Below are positions 28,694 through 38,074 of a DNA stretch of 64,000 nucleotides, in pieces; the first letter of the stretch is position 1; every line of letters starts with the position of its first letter. The notes beneath the pieces were generated by a model. The model had not been told where the DNA came from, did no database searches, and saw nothing but the letters and a program-made list of their open reading frames with translations. The DNA is from an uncultured virus (IMG/VR IMGVR_UViG_3300034198_023361). Its lineage: Duplodnaviria; Heunggongvirae; Uroviricota; Caudoviricetes. The translations under genes and the position numbers were made by a program. Location of the stretch: the IMG/VR virus record IMGVR_UViG_3300034198_023361; one strand, given 5' to 3'.

Positions 28694-29832
28694 AACTGTA
28701 TACCGGAAAGCTTCATGACATCGATCTGGATGCCCCGCCAGACGAACGCTGGGCCGGATTCGCGCGTCAGAACGGCGACGCGATTCAGGCCATTCTTGAA
28801 GACGTGGAAACCCATGTCGACGAGGAAATCTTGCCACACCTTTCTGACACCATGAAAAGCGTCGTAAAGAGTGTGACAAGCGGCGGCGGACAACTCGGGA
28901 ACTGGATCCTCACGGGTACAGACCTTGAGTATCCGCAGGAACTCCGGTGCATTGCGAAGCACGCTGAGATTCCTGTCGGCAAGCTTCTGCTGGGGAACTT
29001 AATCTACGACTTTACGTCTCTCGCTGAGATGTATGGTTGTGGCTGCAGTTCGGCCAGCTTCGATGTGAATTCCAGCCCAGTCATTGTGCGCAACATGGAC
29101 TGGGTGACGCCTCCTTCCACTGGGAAGCACACCAAGCTGATTCGCTTTCATCGTGGCCGCAAAAGCTATACGTCAGTAGGCGTAGCGGGCATGGTGGGCG
29201 TCGTCAGCGCGATGTCAGACCAGTGGGGGCTGGTGGTCAACCAAGCTCCGATTGTGAAGTCACTCGTCGAAGAAGAAGACGAAGACGACACAGATTCGGG
29301 CTGGTGGGAGTCGTTAAGTGCGATGTTTGCCTACATGACGAACACCGCGGCATCTGTTAAAGACCTGCTTCAAGCGTGGCCTGCTTTACATCGGGTCCGA
29401 GCAGTCTGTGACAAGATGCCAAGTTACGAGAAGCTTGTTTTTCATCTCCGTACGCAGCAAACCATGGTGCCATTCTTCGCGCACGTGGTCGGTACAAAAG
29501 ATAAAGAACACGCGGTCGTAACACATACCGGGGAACATACCTACATCCGCACAAGGAAACACGGCCTTGTGCAAACCAATCATTACGTGACCGGGGAGCT
29601 GCAAAAGCACAACCCCGAGAACGGCGATGATTGGGTGTGGGATACGTACACGCGGTATGACGATCTATCTCGGGCGTGCAAAGAAGAGAAGCCAGCTCCC
29701 GAGGTTCTACAGGCGAATCCCGCAGCAGCCCTCAAGCTGCTCAAGGATGTCACCAGCACGGATACCATGCAGCAAATGCTGTTATGGCCCGCGCAGGAAA
29801 AGCTGGTTCTCAAAACCCGGTCGATTGGTTGA
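28690..29832 (+). CDS. Ntn-hydrolase, acid ceramidase/NAAA-like
   Basis: IDLDAPPDERW, N-L-x-Y-D then GCSS (Cys nucleophile), RNMDW, G.VG..S, VQTNH. Confidence 0.8.
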   Translation: MKLYTGKLHDIDLDAPPDERWAGFARQNGDAIQAILEDVETHVDEEILPHLSDTMKSVVKSVTSGGGQLGNWILTGTDLEYPQELRCIAKHAEIPVGKLLLGNLIYDFTSLAEMYGCGCSSASFDVNSSPVIVRNMDWVTPPSTGKHTKLIRFHRGRKSYTSVGVAGMVGVVSAMSDQWGLVVNQAPIVKSLVEEEDEDDTDSGWWESLSAMFAYMTNTAASVKDLLQAWPALHRVRAVCDKMPSYEKLVFHLRTQQTMVPFFAHVVGTKDKEHAVVTHTGEHTYIRTRKHGLVQTNHYVTGELQKHNPENGDDWVWDTYTRYDDLSRACKEEKPAPEVLQANPAAALKLLKDVTSTDTMQQMLLWPAQEKLVLKTRSIG

Positions 29833-29835
29833 TAA

Positions 29836-29863
29836 CTAAATAAACCCGAAAAACCGGGTATAT
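29836..29863 (+). promoter_or_regulatory. Phage promoter motif, copy 5
   Basis: CTAAA-N15-GGGTATAT-CTAGTGA. Confidence 0.8.
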
Positions 29864-29961
29864 CTAGTGACCCTCTCTGGTATCGGCGTGTTGTCGATAC
29901 CCCCGCATGTTACCCGGGTTAGGCGTAGCTTGACTCCTCTCTATAGAAAGAAGAGGTTGCG

Positions 29962-30621
29962 ATGACGGTTCAAGTTTCTGCTGCTCCCGCTGTCGGTGGT
30001 CACGCTGGTGTGAAGGCCAAGTCCAAGACTGGCAAGATCACACGAGCACCGCGGCGCGAGCCGGGCTTCTGCGAGACGGCCGGCAAGGGTCTCGGTTCCT
30101 CTCTCGACAACCTGCTCGACTCGCTGCTGGCGGTCGGGCGGGCGGTCTGGGAGTTCATGGGCAAGGTGTTCACCACGATCTACGAGTGGTGCGCCGGCGT
30201 CCTGAACTGGATCGGCGCCCAGATGAAGCGCGCTGTTGGTGACGCCAAGTTGGCGCTGGCCTATGTCCGCAACCTCGTCTCGACGAAGAATGTGGACTGG
30301 ATCAAGCTCAACACGGTCGCCATCAAGATCCTGTGCGGCGCCGCGGCCATCGGCGTTGCTGTCACTGGCGGCGTGCTGGTCGGCAGCACCATCGGCGGCC
30401 TCGCGGTCGCTGCTGGCGCGACGGTCGGTACGGCCAAGCTCGTGAGCGTGCTCACCTGCGCGGTCACCGCCGGCGTGCTCGCCGAGACCTGCTACACCCT
30501 CTTCACGGCGGGTGTGGACAAGGAGGAGATCGCCAAGGCTCGCGCCACGGCGATCAAGAACGGCTCCAAAGGCCGCCGCGCGGTGAAGACCGCCACGGCG
30601 CTCGCTACGGCGACGACCTGA
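29962..30621 (+). CDS. Membrane protein with Gly/Ala-rich hydrophobic hairpin (cassette gene)
   Basis: RBS GAGG; strongly GC3-biased codons. Confidence 0.8.
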   Translation: MTVQVSAAPAVGGHAGVKAKSKTGKITRAPRREPGFCETAGKGLGSSLDNLLDSLLAVGRAVWEFMGKVFTTIYEWCAGVLNWIGAQMKRAVGDAKLALAYVRNLVSTKNVDWIKLNTVAIKILCGAAAIGVAVTGGVLVGSTIGGLAVAAGATVGTAKLVSVLTCAVTAGVLAETCYTLFTAGVDKEEIAKARATAIKNGSKGRRAVKTATALATATT

Positions 30622-30662
30622 TGTGTGCGCAGTAATGTAACCATTGCTGCGCGGAAGCGTAT

Positions 30663-30716
30663 TGCAGCCCCGGGTGCCGCCCAAGCCCCGGGGCTGCATG
30701 CGCTTTTTTTTAACTA
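30663..30716 (+). terminator. Intrinsic terminator (tail TTTTTTTTAACTA)
   Basis: TGCAGCCCCGGG/CCCGGGGCTGCA perfect 12-bp stem, then T-run. Confidence 0.8.
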
Positions 30717-30726
30717 AAGGAACCTA

Positions 30727-30924
30727 ATGACCCCTGCGGATATCATCACAGTCATGATGTTTCAAGCGGTACAGCACGCGTCAAAAGAGCATGACCGACA
30801 GGCTCTTGTACTCGTGCTCGGAATCATGCACCACGTCATAACTGAGCTTCCGGGAGATAACTCGGCGCTGCTCAGTTATGTGATGCAGATGATAAAACAG
30901 TTCAGCGCCGTAAAGACCCTATAA
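30727..30924 (+). CDS. Small hypothetical protein
   Basis: RBS AAAGGA. Confidence 0.6.
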   Translation: MTPADIITVMMFQAVQHASKEHDRQALVLVLGIMHHVITELPGDNSALLSYVMQMIKQFSAVKTL

Positions 30925-30953
30925 CAGGAAAAGCTGCGTCTTTTCTTTAGCTA

Positions 30954-31283
30954 TCAGCGCTTATTCTTTTCCACCCAGCGCTTTAACTGGCGGTAGCCCT
31001 TATAGCCAACCACCCGGGCTAGTTCTTCCCCGGCGTCGTTTAGATAGATAAACGTCGGCAGGCTATTTACGCCATACTGTTCCGCCATTTCTCGGCTCTC
31101 ATCAGTATCGACCACCGCGATATTCCACTCTGCCACCTCGTCTTTATTTTCCAGTAGGTCTTTTTTGGCTATCTGGCAGTATTTGCACCAGTCAGCGGAA
31201 AACATTAACACTGTATCAGCGCAAACCTGCCCCATAGCGATCACGCACAGCAGGCTAAATAACATAATCCGTAGAGCTTTCAT
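30954..31283 (-). CDS. Secreted thioredoxin-like protein (only credible minus-strand gene)
   Basis: Signal peptide, FSADWCKYC, YGVNSLPTF; RBS AAGGAGG on the minus strand. Confidence 0.9.
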   Translation of the reverse strand: MKALRIMLFSLLCVIAMGQVCADTVLMFSADWCKYCQIAKKDLLENKDEVAEWNIAVVDTDESREMAEQYGVNSLPTFIYLNDAGEELARVVGYKGYRQLKRWVEKNKR

Positions 31284-31500
31284 GGCGGCCTCCTTGTCGA
31301 AACGCCAAGTCCATTTTTAAAACCACCTTCTAGTGTATCAGACGCGCCTTCGCCCTTTTCTTCTCAGCCCTTGTATGCCAAAATGGGGGCGTATTCAGCT
31401 TTGGAACAGCCGCGCCGACCAACTTATAGGTTTTTCCGACTAGTTTGAACTCCAACTATCCGGGATTTCCGCTGAGTTCACTATCCTTCGAGCTACGCCA

Positions 31501-34500
31501 ATGCCGTTTAAGTCAGAAAAGCAGCGTAGGTTTCTGTGGGCCGAGCATCCAGAGCTTGCCAAACGCTGGGCGCACGAGTATCCGATCAAAAAGAAACTCC
31601 CCATGTACGCGTCTGACAGTAAAAAAGACAAAGAACCTGACACAGAGGCCAAGCAAGCCGACTTTTCTCCCGGTGCCGCAGCCCGAGACACTGCCGCTGC
31701 CGCTGGATTAAGCACTCTGGGCACAACCGCCGGCCTTGCAGCTGCCGGAATGCTATCAAAACGTGTTGGCTCGCCGATGTTGCAGCAGTTGTTTCAGAAT
31801 GCCGCAAGGGAAAGCGTGCTGTTTTTTAACCCCATGCGCTCATACAGACTGCTCAAGCGCCTCCCCAACGCTGCTGTCCTCTCTGCGCGCCAACTAGAAC
31901 TCTCCGATAAGCTTGTAAACTCAAAACTCCCCAAGACTTTCGCCAACGTCAATAAAAGTACCGTCAATAAAGCCACCAGAGCGTATAAAGACGTCCAGCA
32001 GCTTCAGAATCAGACGCAGCGCTATGTAAAACAACATGGCGAACTCCCTACCGAGACATTAGAGAAGGGTATCGGAGTCGCAAACGGTGTCATGAACCTT
32101 GGTGTTGGTGGAGTTGTCGGGTTTTTGCCCCATGTCACCGGTACCGCAAGCCAATCCCCCATTAACGCAGCCTTTGCAAATAAACCTCCCATGACAACTT
32201 ACAAACAATCGGCTGTAAACTCTGTAGCCCTCGATATTTACAGGAAATTATCCAAGAAAGCGGACACCAAAGAGGTCTATATCGAGCAGCCGGCCAGTGA
32301 TAAGCCCACAGTTGCAGGCGAAAATCCACCCAAGGTCGTTAAAACCAAGGGCGAAAGATGTAACTCGGAAACAAAGCCAAATTATGGTGTAAACACGTTA
32401 ATGGCGAAGCTTTCTGCTGTTTTGTCGCAGCCCATTATGCAGGCGATGGAGAATGAAAGGGCTGAAATGGAGGCCCGAGAGGCTGCCCGGATGCCTGCAA
32501 ACGCCGGAATTAAGCGATATGCCATGCCGGCGATGGGTACGCCGCTCCCTATGGGTATGCAGGCACAGGCGCCACAAGGCCAACCACAGGCTCCCGCCGC
32601 CCAGCCAGCAAACACGGGCTCGCCTGCTCCGTCTGGCCAACTACCCCCTGTTGGCGGCGGTTCGTCTCCCAACGCCAATCCTATTAATTCATACGGCGCG
32701 TTGTCTTCGACGGGTGATATCACAGGGAACGCCGCGTTTGGGACAGCCAATTCTGTAGGCGGGGAGAAGATGGCCGGTTTACTCAGCTCGATTGGTCGCA
32801 TGGCTGGTAAAGCGGTCAGCGGAGTTGCGAAAAAACCAATTGCGGCAGCTGCGCGCACACCGTTCAAAATGCCTGCACGGCCCACGAGCGCCGACCTCAG
32901 TAGTTACATGAAAAACGTTGTAAACGTGAACGACGGCGTACCAGAATGGCAAAAATTGCAAAATTATCAGCTGATGCGCCAGCGAATAGACACGCAACGC
33001 GCCACCGGAGCGGGGCAAGCGGTAACGTCAGCACCTCGGCCGGCAGCGCGTCCGGTTCCCGCTCCTGTTTCGCAGCAAGCTAGACCCACGCCAGTTGCGC
33101 AGCCGGCTCCAACTGCTGTTCCGCGACCAAGCCCAGCCCCGGCAGCTCGTCCGGCTCCCTCGCCAGTTATGCAGCGCCCTGTATCGCCCACTGCAGCGCC
33201 GGCCACACCGCCGGCCGCCCCAGCAACAACAGCCGCGCCGCCTTCGATTCGCCCGGTATCGCCCGCAGATTTTGCTGCGCGTTTTGGTAAAAAAAGCGCA
33301 ATCGAAGCAAAAAAAAAAGAACCCGCTAAGCCCGGTTTAGGGCACTCGATGGGCTGGTACCTCGGTGGCATGCCGGCGACAAATGCTGCGATTGGCGTGC
33401 CATTAACTGCGTACATGAACCGTGTTGCGCGCCCAGAAATGAACGCTGTGCCGACGCTTGAAACATCGCAAGCGTGGCAACAACTCAGTGACTACGCAAA
33501 GGGGCAGGGCGTAGATGTGACAGATAGTTTGAACGTTGCCAGCAAGATTGACCCAAAGATAGCACCTAAAACAACGGGCAACTGGCTTGGCGATCTCATG
33601 AATAACATCAAGTACAGAATGCGCCGTTCAGCGGCTGATAGTGTGCGCAACACCCCCGCGTTTTATACACCGGCAAATCCGGGTATGGGGATATCAAAAC
33701 CCACGATTGGCCATAGTCCGCGCATGAGTAACCCCGGCGTGTTAGCGCACGAGATCGGGCACCACATGGGCGGCAAATGGCTCATGCGCGGTAATCAAAT
33801 CGGTCGGCCGGCGCTGGGATTAGGTACGGCCGGCGCGCTGCTTTCAAACAACGAGACTAACTCTCGGAACTCGGCGATTGCGGGTACAGTCGGCGCAGTG
33901 CCGATGTTAGCGTCTGAGTTTGATGCGTCTCGTCGGGGCGCCAAGCTCATGCGCCAGATGAAGCTCAAGGGCGGCCGATCGGCGTTTATTGGCCTGCCCA
34001 CATACATGCTGGCGTCTTCTGCGCCCATGCTCGCGCACTACGGCAAGAAGACGCTGGGCGGGTTTAAAGCTGACGCCGCGGCCAGACAAGTGACAGATAA
34101 AAAAGCCGGCGTGTATCGCTTTGACGGCGACGTACAAGGCGTAAACCTGCGCAAGTCTTTGCATACTATTTTGGACGAGTTAGACCATCCCGGGATTGCA
34201 TATAACAACGCCCGCACTGGTGAAGCCCGCGCTGTGTTACCCGGTAATAAAAAAAAACAACAGGCCGTGCTTGACCGGCTGCGCAAACACCTAGCAGAGC
34301 GCGAAAATAAAACGCCGCTACAAGAGGGTGTGCATTACAGCATCACGCCCCTGAAAAAACAGCGCGAAAAGCTGCACCCGATTACGATGACGCCGGATGA
34401 TATCAACACGTTTATCGCCACGCAGCAGTTTGATCGGCTGGCCAAAGAAACGCCTGAATATCATAAACAGTGGCTGAAAGAACGCTATCGGTTACAGCCC

Positions 34501-35313
34501 CAACCAGACGGTTCGATCGCTGGCGCTGTGCCCACATTGGCCAAGCAGCAGCTGTTGGCCGGCGAGCCTGTGTATGACTACCAGCTCAAACCCGGCTGGC
34601 CCGACGCGAAAGAAAAGTCGGCTGGGTTAGTTTCTGGCGCTATGGGGCTTGGACGCAGGCTGGGTTTCAAAGGGCTGTCGAAAGGCATGACAGCTGCGCG
34701 CCAGTCGTTCCGCGGGCCCATGACGACGCTGGGTAATTCTGTCCCCGAAGGCATCCTGCACGCCGAGCGCAATCAAGCCCTGCAGGCTGGCAACGAGTTC
34801 TTGTCGTCGTTCAAGCCGCAGGGTTTCCAGACATATGCCGGCCGCGTGAAGACACCCGGAAGCATCGCAGGCCACGGAACAGATCAAGTCACCAACGACT
34901 TACTTGGCTTTCGGCTTTCGTCCAGCCAAGGCTACGGTCAACCTGCTGTTGATTCGTTAACAAAACAACTGACAGACGCTGGTGTGCAAATCACTGGGTC
35001 CAAGATGTTAATGCGCCCCGGCTATCATGGGCATAACATCAAAGGGACGCTCAAAGGCACACCTGTTGAGTTTCAGTTATCGCCCCGGCGGCTACAAGGT
35101 ATGAACGCAGCCGATCACAGCATGGTGTACAAGCCGCAGGAATCCGGCGTGAATCCGACGCTGAGCAAGATGGTGTACGGCCCCGCGATTCGCTACGGCA
35201 TGACCGTGGCATCGCCCATGGTCCCAATGGCTAAGCGCGTGGGCTATGGCGCAGCCGGGGTCGGCGGGCTTGCAGCGGGTGGTGCGGGCGTCGCGTATAC
35301 CGCTAACCGCTGA
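31501..35313 (+). CDS. Modular polyprotein: MPFKS motif, Zn peptidase, acylphosphatase-like and RelA/SpoT-like domains
   Basis: LAHEIGHH...EFDASRRG; FDGDVQGVNLR; GRVKTPGSI...DLLGFR...GYHGH...VEFQL...H..YK; K-x-[AS] linkers. Confidence 0.8.
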   Translation: MPFKSEKQRRFLWAEHPELAKRWAHEYPIKKKLPMYASDSKKDKEPDTEAKQADFSPGAAARDTAAAAGLSTLGTTAGLAAAGMLSKRVGSPMLQQLFQNAARESVLFFNPMRSYRLLKRLPNAAVLSARQLELSDKLVNSKLPKTFANVNKSTVNKATRAYKDVQQLQNQTQRYVKQHGELPTETLEKGIGVANGVMNLGVGGVVGFLPHVTGTASQSPINAAFANKPPMTTYKQSAVNSVALDIYRKLSKKADTKEVYIEQPASDKPTVAGENPPKVVKTKGERCNSETKPNYGVNTLMAKLSAVLSQPIMQAMENERAEMEAREAARMPANAGIKRYAMPAMGTPLPMGMQAQAPQGQPQAPAAQPANTGSPAPSGQLPPVGGGSSPNANPINSYGALSSTGDITGNAAFGTANSVGGEKMAGLLSSIGRMAGKAVSGVAKKPIAAAARTPFKMPARPTSADLSSYMKNVVNVNDGVPEWQKLQNYQLMRQRIDTQRATGAGQAVTSAPRPAARPVPAPVSQQARPTPVAQPAPTAVPRPSPAPAARPAPSPVMQRPVSPTAAPATPPAAPATTAAPPSIRPVSPADFAARFGKKSAIEAKKKEPAKPGLGHSMGWYLGGMPATNAAIGVPLTAYMNRVARPEMNAVPTLETSQAWQQLSDYAKGQGVDVTDSLNVASKIDPKIAPKTTGNWLGDLMNNIKYRMRRSAADSVRNTPAFYTPANPGMGISKPTIGHSPRMSNPGVLAHEIGHHMGGKWLMRGNQIGRPALGLGTAGALLSNNETNSRNSAIAGTVGAVPMLASEFDASRRGAKLMRQMKLKGGRSAFIGLPTYMLASSAPMLAHYGKKTLGGFKADAAARQVTDKKAGVYRFDGDVQGVNLRKSLHTILDELDHPGIAYNNARTGEARAVLPGNKKKQQAVLDRLRKHLAERENKTPLQEGVHYSITPLKKQREKLHPITMTPDDINTFIATQQFDRLAKETPEYHKQWLKERYRLQPQPDGSIAGAVPTLAKQQLLAGEPVYDYQLKPGWPDAKEKSAGLVSGAMGLGRRLGFKGLSKGMTAARQSFRGPMTTLGNSVPEGILHAERNQALQAGNEFLSSFKPQGFQTYAGRVKTPGSIAGHGTDQVTNDLLGFRLSSSQGYGQPAVDSLTKQLTDAGVQITGSKMLMRPGYHGHNIKGTLKGTPVEFQLSPRRLQGMNAADHSMVYKPQESGVNPTLSKMVYGPAIRYGMTVASPMVPMAKRVGYGAAGVGGLAAGGAGVAYTANR

Positions 35314-35316
35314 TAG

Positions 35317-35344
35317 CTAAATAAACGGCCAAAACCGGGTATAT
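35317..35344 (+). promoter_or_regulatory. Phage promoter motif, copy 6
   Basis: CTAAA-N15-GGGTATAT-CTAGTGA, nearly identical to copy 5. Confidence 0.8.
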
Positions 35345-35423
35345 CTAGTGAGGAGCCTAGCTCTTTGCTGGTAAGCCACGTGTTGTGTCTCCAGCCGCAT
35401 TCTTTCCACAAGGGAAAACCACG

Positions 35424-35840
35424 ATGGATACGATTCTGATGTTTGTTGCCGGGCTGATGTACGCGATGGGCCAGTCGCTCATTGCTGGCATGGTAGTCAT
35501 GACAGTGCTGTGGATTGCCTGTCGGCACTTCCTGCCAAGGAAAACCACCACGGACATCACCGCCCCGTTGAGTGAGCGGTTCGTGTGGTCGCCGGCGCTT
35601 AACAAACACAAGTACGTCGACAAAGCTGCGTGGGAAGCCGCGATGACCGAAATCAATGCCAAGATTCGGCAACAGCAAGATTCCCGCGACGCCCTCATCC
35701 GAGCCCTCGCCAAATGGCCGGAAATCGACGCGTGCAACAAAGAAATCGACAATTGTTTTGCGCAATTAACGGTGGTTATTAACCGTGGTTACATGACCAG
35801 CTATGATTACAACGCGGCTATCGCGGAGTCGGTCAATTGA
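35424..35840 (+). CDS. Membrane-anchored hypothetical protein (cassette gene)
   Basis: Hydrophobic N-terminus; lies between the promoter and a TTTAGCTATCA-tailed terminator. Confidence 0.7.
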   Translation: MDTILMFVAGLMYAMGQSLIAGMVVMTVLWIACRHFLPRKTTTDITAPLSERFVWSPALNKHKYVDKAAWEAAMTEINAKIRQQQDSRDALIRALAKWPEIDACNKEIDNCFAQLTVVINRGYMTSYDYNAAIAESVN

Positions 35841-36020
35841 AAAACGCAGACGCAGTCCGGGAGCTAACCACTCCCGGCTGCCAAGCGTTTTTTTAGCTAT
35901 CAGCGCTTTGGTAACTGTTTTTACAGCGCCGTAACTCATTTTCAGTCCAACCCAGCTTTTGTAATAGAATAAAGCGCAGTAGAATGGGCGAGATATTGTT
36001 AGCAAAACAACGGTCGCACT

Positions 36021-38036
36021 ATGCCCGTACAAGATTCTTCGTCAAAAGCGCCGTTTGATTACCGCCCAGTTGGCGCCGGTATCGCTGCTCTTCCGCCCGG
36101 TGTCAGTCTGTTGGAGTACATCTTTCGCGAGTACCCGCAGTACCGCAAGATTCTCGAAGCTGCTCCTGATGCTACGCTCGCCAATGGCCTTGTAGATCTT
36201 AAAAAGGTCATGCAGGAAGTTCAGCCGGGCGACTTTGGCCTGTCTGGCTTACAAGGCGGCGGAGATTTATTCACAAACACATTGGTGCGCGGGTCTCATG
36301 CTGCGTCAGGCGGCCCGGGCGCACACGGCCAAGTAGCCGGCCCATATGTGCGCCCACACTGGAGCGTGACTGGCGTACCCAAGGGTGAGTTGGGCGCGCC
36401 ACTGCCGTACCTCATGAACGACCGCGGCGAGCTGTACTCACCCCAGATGCGCGATCCAAAAGCGTGGCGTAAGTCTGTCGCTGCTGATGCCAAAGAGAAC
36501 ATGCAGGGCACGGAGTCCTACGGTAACGCAAAAGAACGCCTGCGTGGCCGGACGAAACAATTGGCGCAGCTTCAAGCACGGCAGAAAGCATGGGATACAT
36601 ATGACGCGGCTGTCAGTGCCGGGAAATCAGCCACGCCGCCCAAAGTCCCGCGGCCCGATCTCGCTGAAGTAAACAAAGCAGTCGGCGCCAAAACAAAAGC
36701 TGTCAAAGGCTTCAAGCGTTTTCTTGCTCGTGTCTCAGAAGATGCAGGTAAGACACAGACAGGTGAATTAAAAACTAGCCCCAGCGGCAAAACGCGTGCA
36801 ACATGGTCACCGACGTTTGAGGGCGGTTTCTTTGACGGGCCAGATACAAAAGCGCAGAACTTTGATCGTGAATTAACACAATTAACAGGCAGCGCAGACC
36901 GACAAGAAGCACTGGCCAAACGCTTCGACGAGATGGCCGCGAAGAATCCCAAGTTCAAGCAGATTGCGCAAGATCTTCGGCGTACAGCGCCAGAGCGCTG
37001 GGATAATCTTGCACGCAGTATAGAAGCGCGTGGCCCACAAACCACGACGCAGAAGCGCACAGTTGAAGCGCTTCTCGAAGCTGCCGGTGGTAATCCCGCA
37101 GCGCTGCCCAAATCAAAGTTATTTAAACCAAAGCAGTTTGAGACATTTGTGCCCAGCTTGTTACACGGCGGCATGAGCGCCACGAATGTTGGGCGCACGC
37201 CGGCTGATTACATCGCTGCGCACGGCACCGACTTACCCAAAGATGCAATCAAAGGCTGGTGGCAAAAAGGCTTGGGCGGTGCGCGCGACGCTGTGCGTGA
37301 CTGGCTGGACGGCTTTCGAGATAACACTGGGTTACATGACGACGGCTGGATCAAAACTGTTGAGCGCCAGCTGGAAGAGCGCCCGCAGAGATTAGTGCCA
37401 CATGGCGCCGACACGGTTTACAAGCACACGGTCACTGAAGGTTCGAGTCAGAATCCGCGGGGGTATTATCGCGGCAAAAAAGAGCCAATCGGGCACAAGC
37501 CGACGTTATGGATGCGCGTTAAAGAGCCGTATCGCGCTAAGATTAACAACGAGGCAGAGTTTTTACAGGCCGCCAAGCGCATGGGTGTCGATCCCTACGC
37601 TGGTGTTGCTGCTGGTCAAACAGCGGTGGGCGAAGTTGCTGGATTAAATACATTTCGCCGCATGTTTGGCCGCACCAATTGCTACGGCACGCACTGTGGT
37701 GGCGGCCCGGCGAGCTTGTATGAACGTCTCGTTGGCGGCAAGTTCAAGGGCGATCCCAATGCGTGGCTGCCCAATCGCGTAGCGCTCAGCGACATCTTCG
37801 AGCCTGTGTTAGTCACGCACAAAGGCCAAGCGCTGAAAGACCTCACCAAAGGCTTCCGGGGCCGCGTAGGCGCAGGGATTGGCGCCATGGGCCTGATGGG
37901 CGCTGCTGGTTATGGCCTGACTGGTTTAGGTCAAGGCTTGTTGCGCTCGCCCAAGCTTCCGCCGCAACCCAAGCTCGATCCGCACATGTTTGCCAAGGCC
38001 ATGACACTCTTGAAACCTCAACAACCACAAGCATGA
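36021..38036 (+). CDS. Large protein with split permuted NlpC/P60 (papain-like) domain and C-terminal Gly-rich helix
   Basis: QPGDF...HGQV near the N-terminus; Y...HCGGGPASLYE...LP near the C-terminus. Confidence 0.55.
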   Translation: MPVQDSSSKAPFDYRPVGAGIAALPPGVSLLEYIFREYPQYRKILEAAPDATLANGLVDLKKVMQEVQPGDFGLSGLQGGGDLFTNTLVRGSHAASGGPGAHGQVAGPYVRPHWSVTGVPKGELGAPLPYLMNDRGELYSPQMRDPKAWRKSVAADAKENMQGTESYGNAKERLRGRTKQLAQLQARQKAWDTYDAAVSAGKSATPPKVPRPDLAEVNKAVGAKTKAVKGFKRFLARVSEDAGKTQTGELKTSPSGKTRATWSPTFEGGFFDGPDTKAQNFDRELTQLTGSADRQEALAKRFDEMAAKNPKFKQIAQDLRRTAPERWDNLARSIEARGPQTTTQKRTVEALLEAAGGNPAALPKSKLFKPKQFETFVPSLLHGGMSATNVGRTPADYIAAHGTDLPKDAIKGWWQKGLGGARDAVRDWLDGFRDNTGLHDDGWIKTVERQLEERPQRLVPHGADTVYKHTVTEGSSQNPRGYYRGKKEPIGHKPTLWMRVKEPYRAKINNEAEFLQAAKRMGVDPYAGVAAGQTAVGEVAGLNTFRRMFGRTNCYGTHCGGGPASLYERLVGGKFKGDPNAWLPNRVALSDIFEPVLVTHKGQALKDLTKGFRGRVGAGIGAMGLMGAAGYGLTGLGQGLLRSPKLPPQPKLDPHMFAKAMTLLKPQQPQA

Positions 38037-38074
38037 GATAGCAACACTTACATATCAAAGACTGGGGGCTTGCC

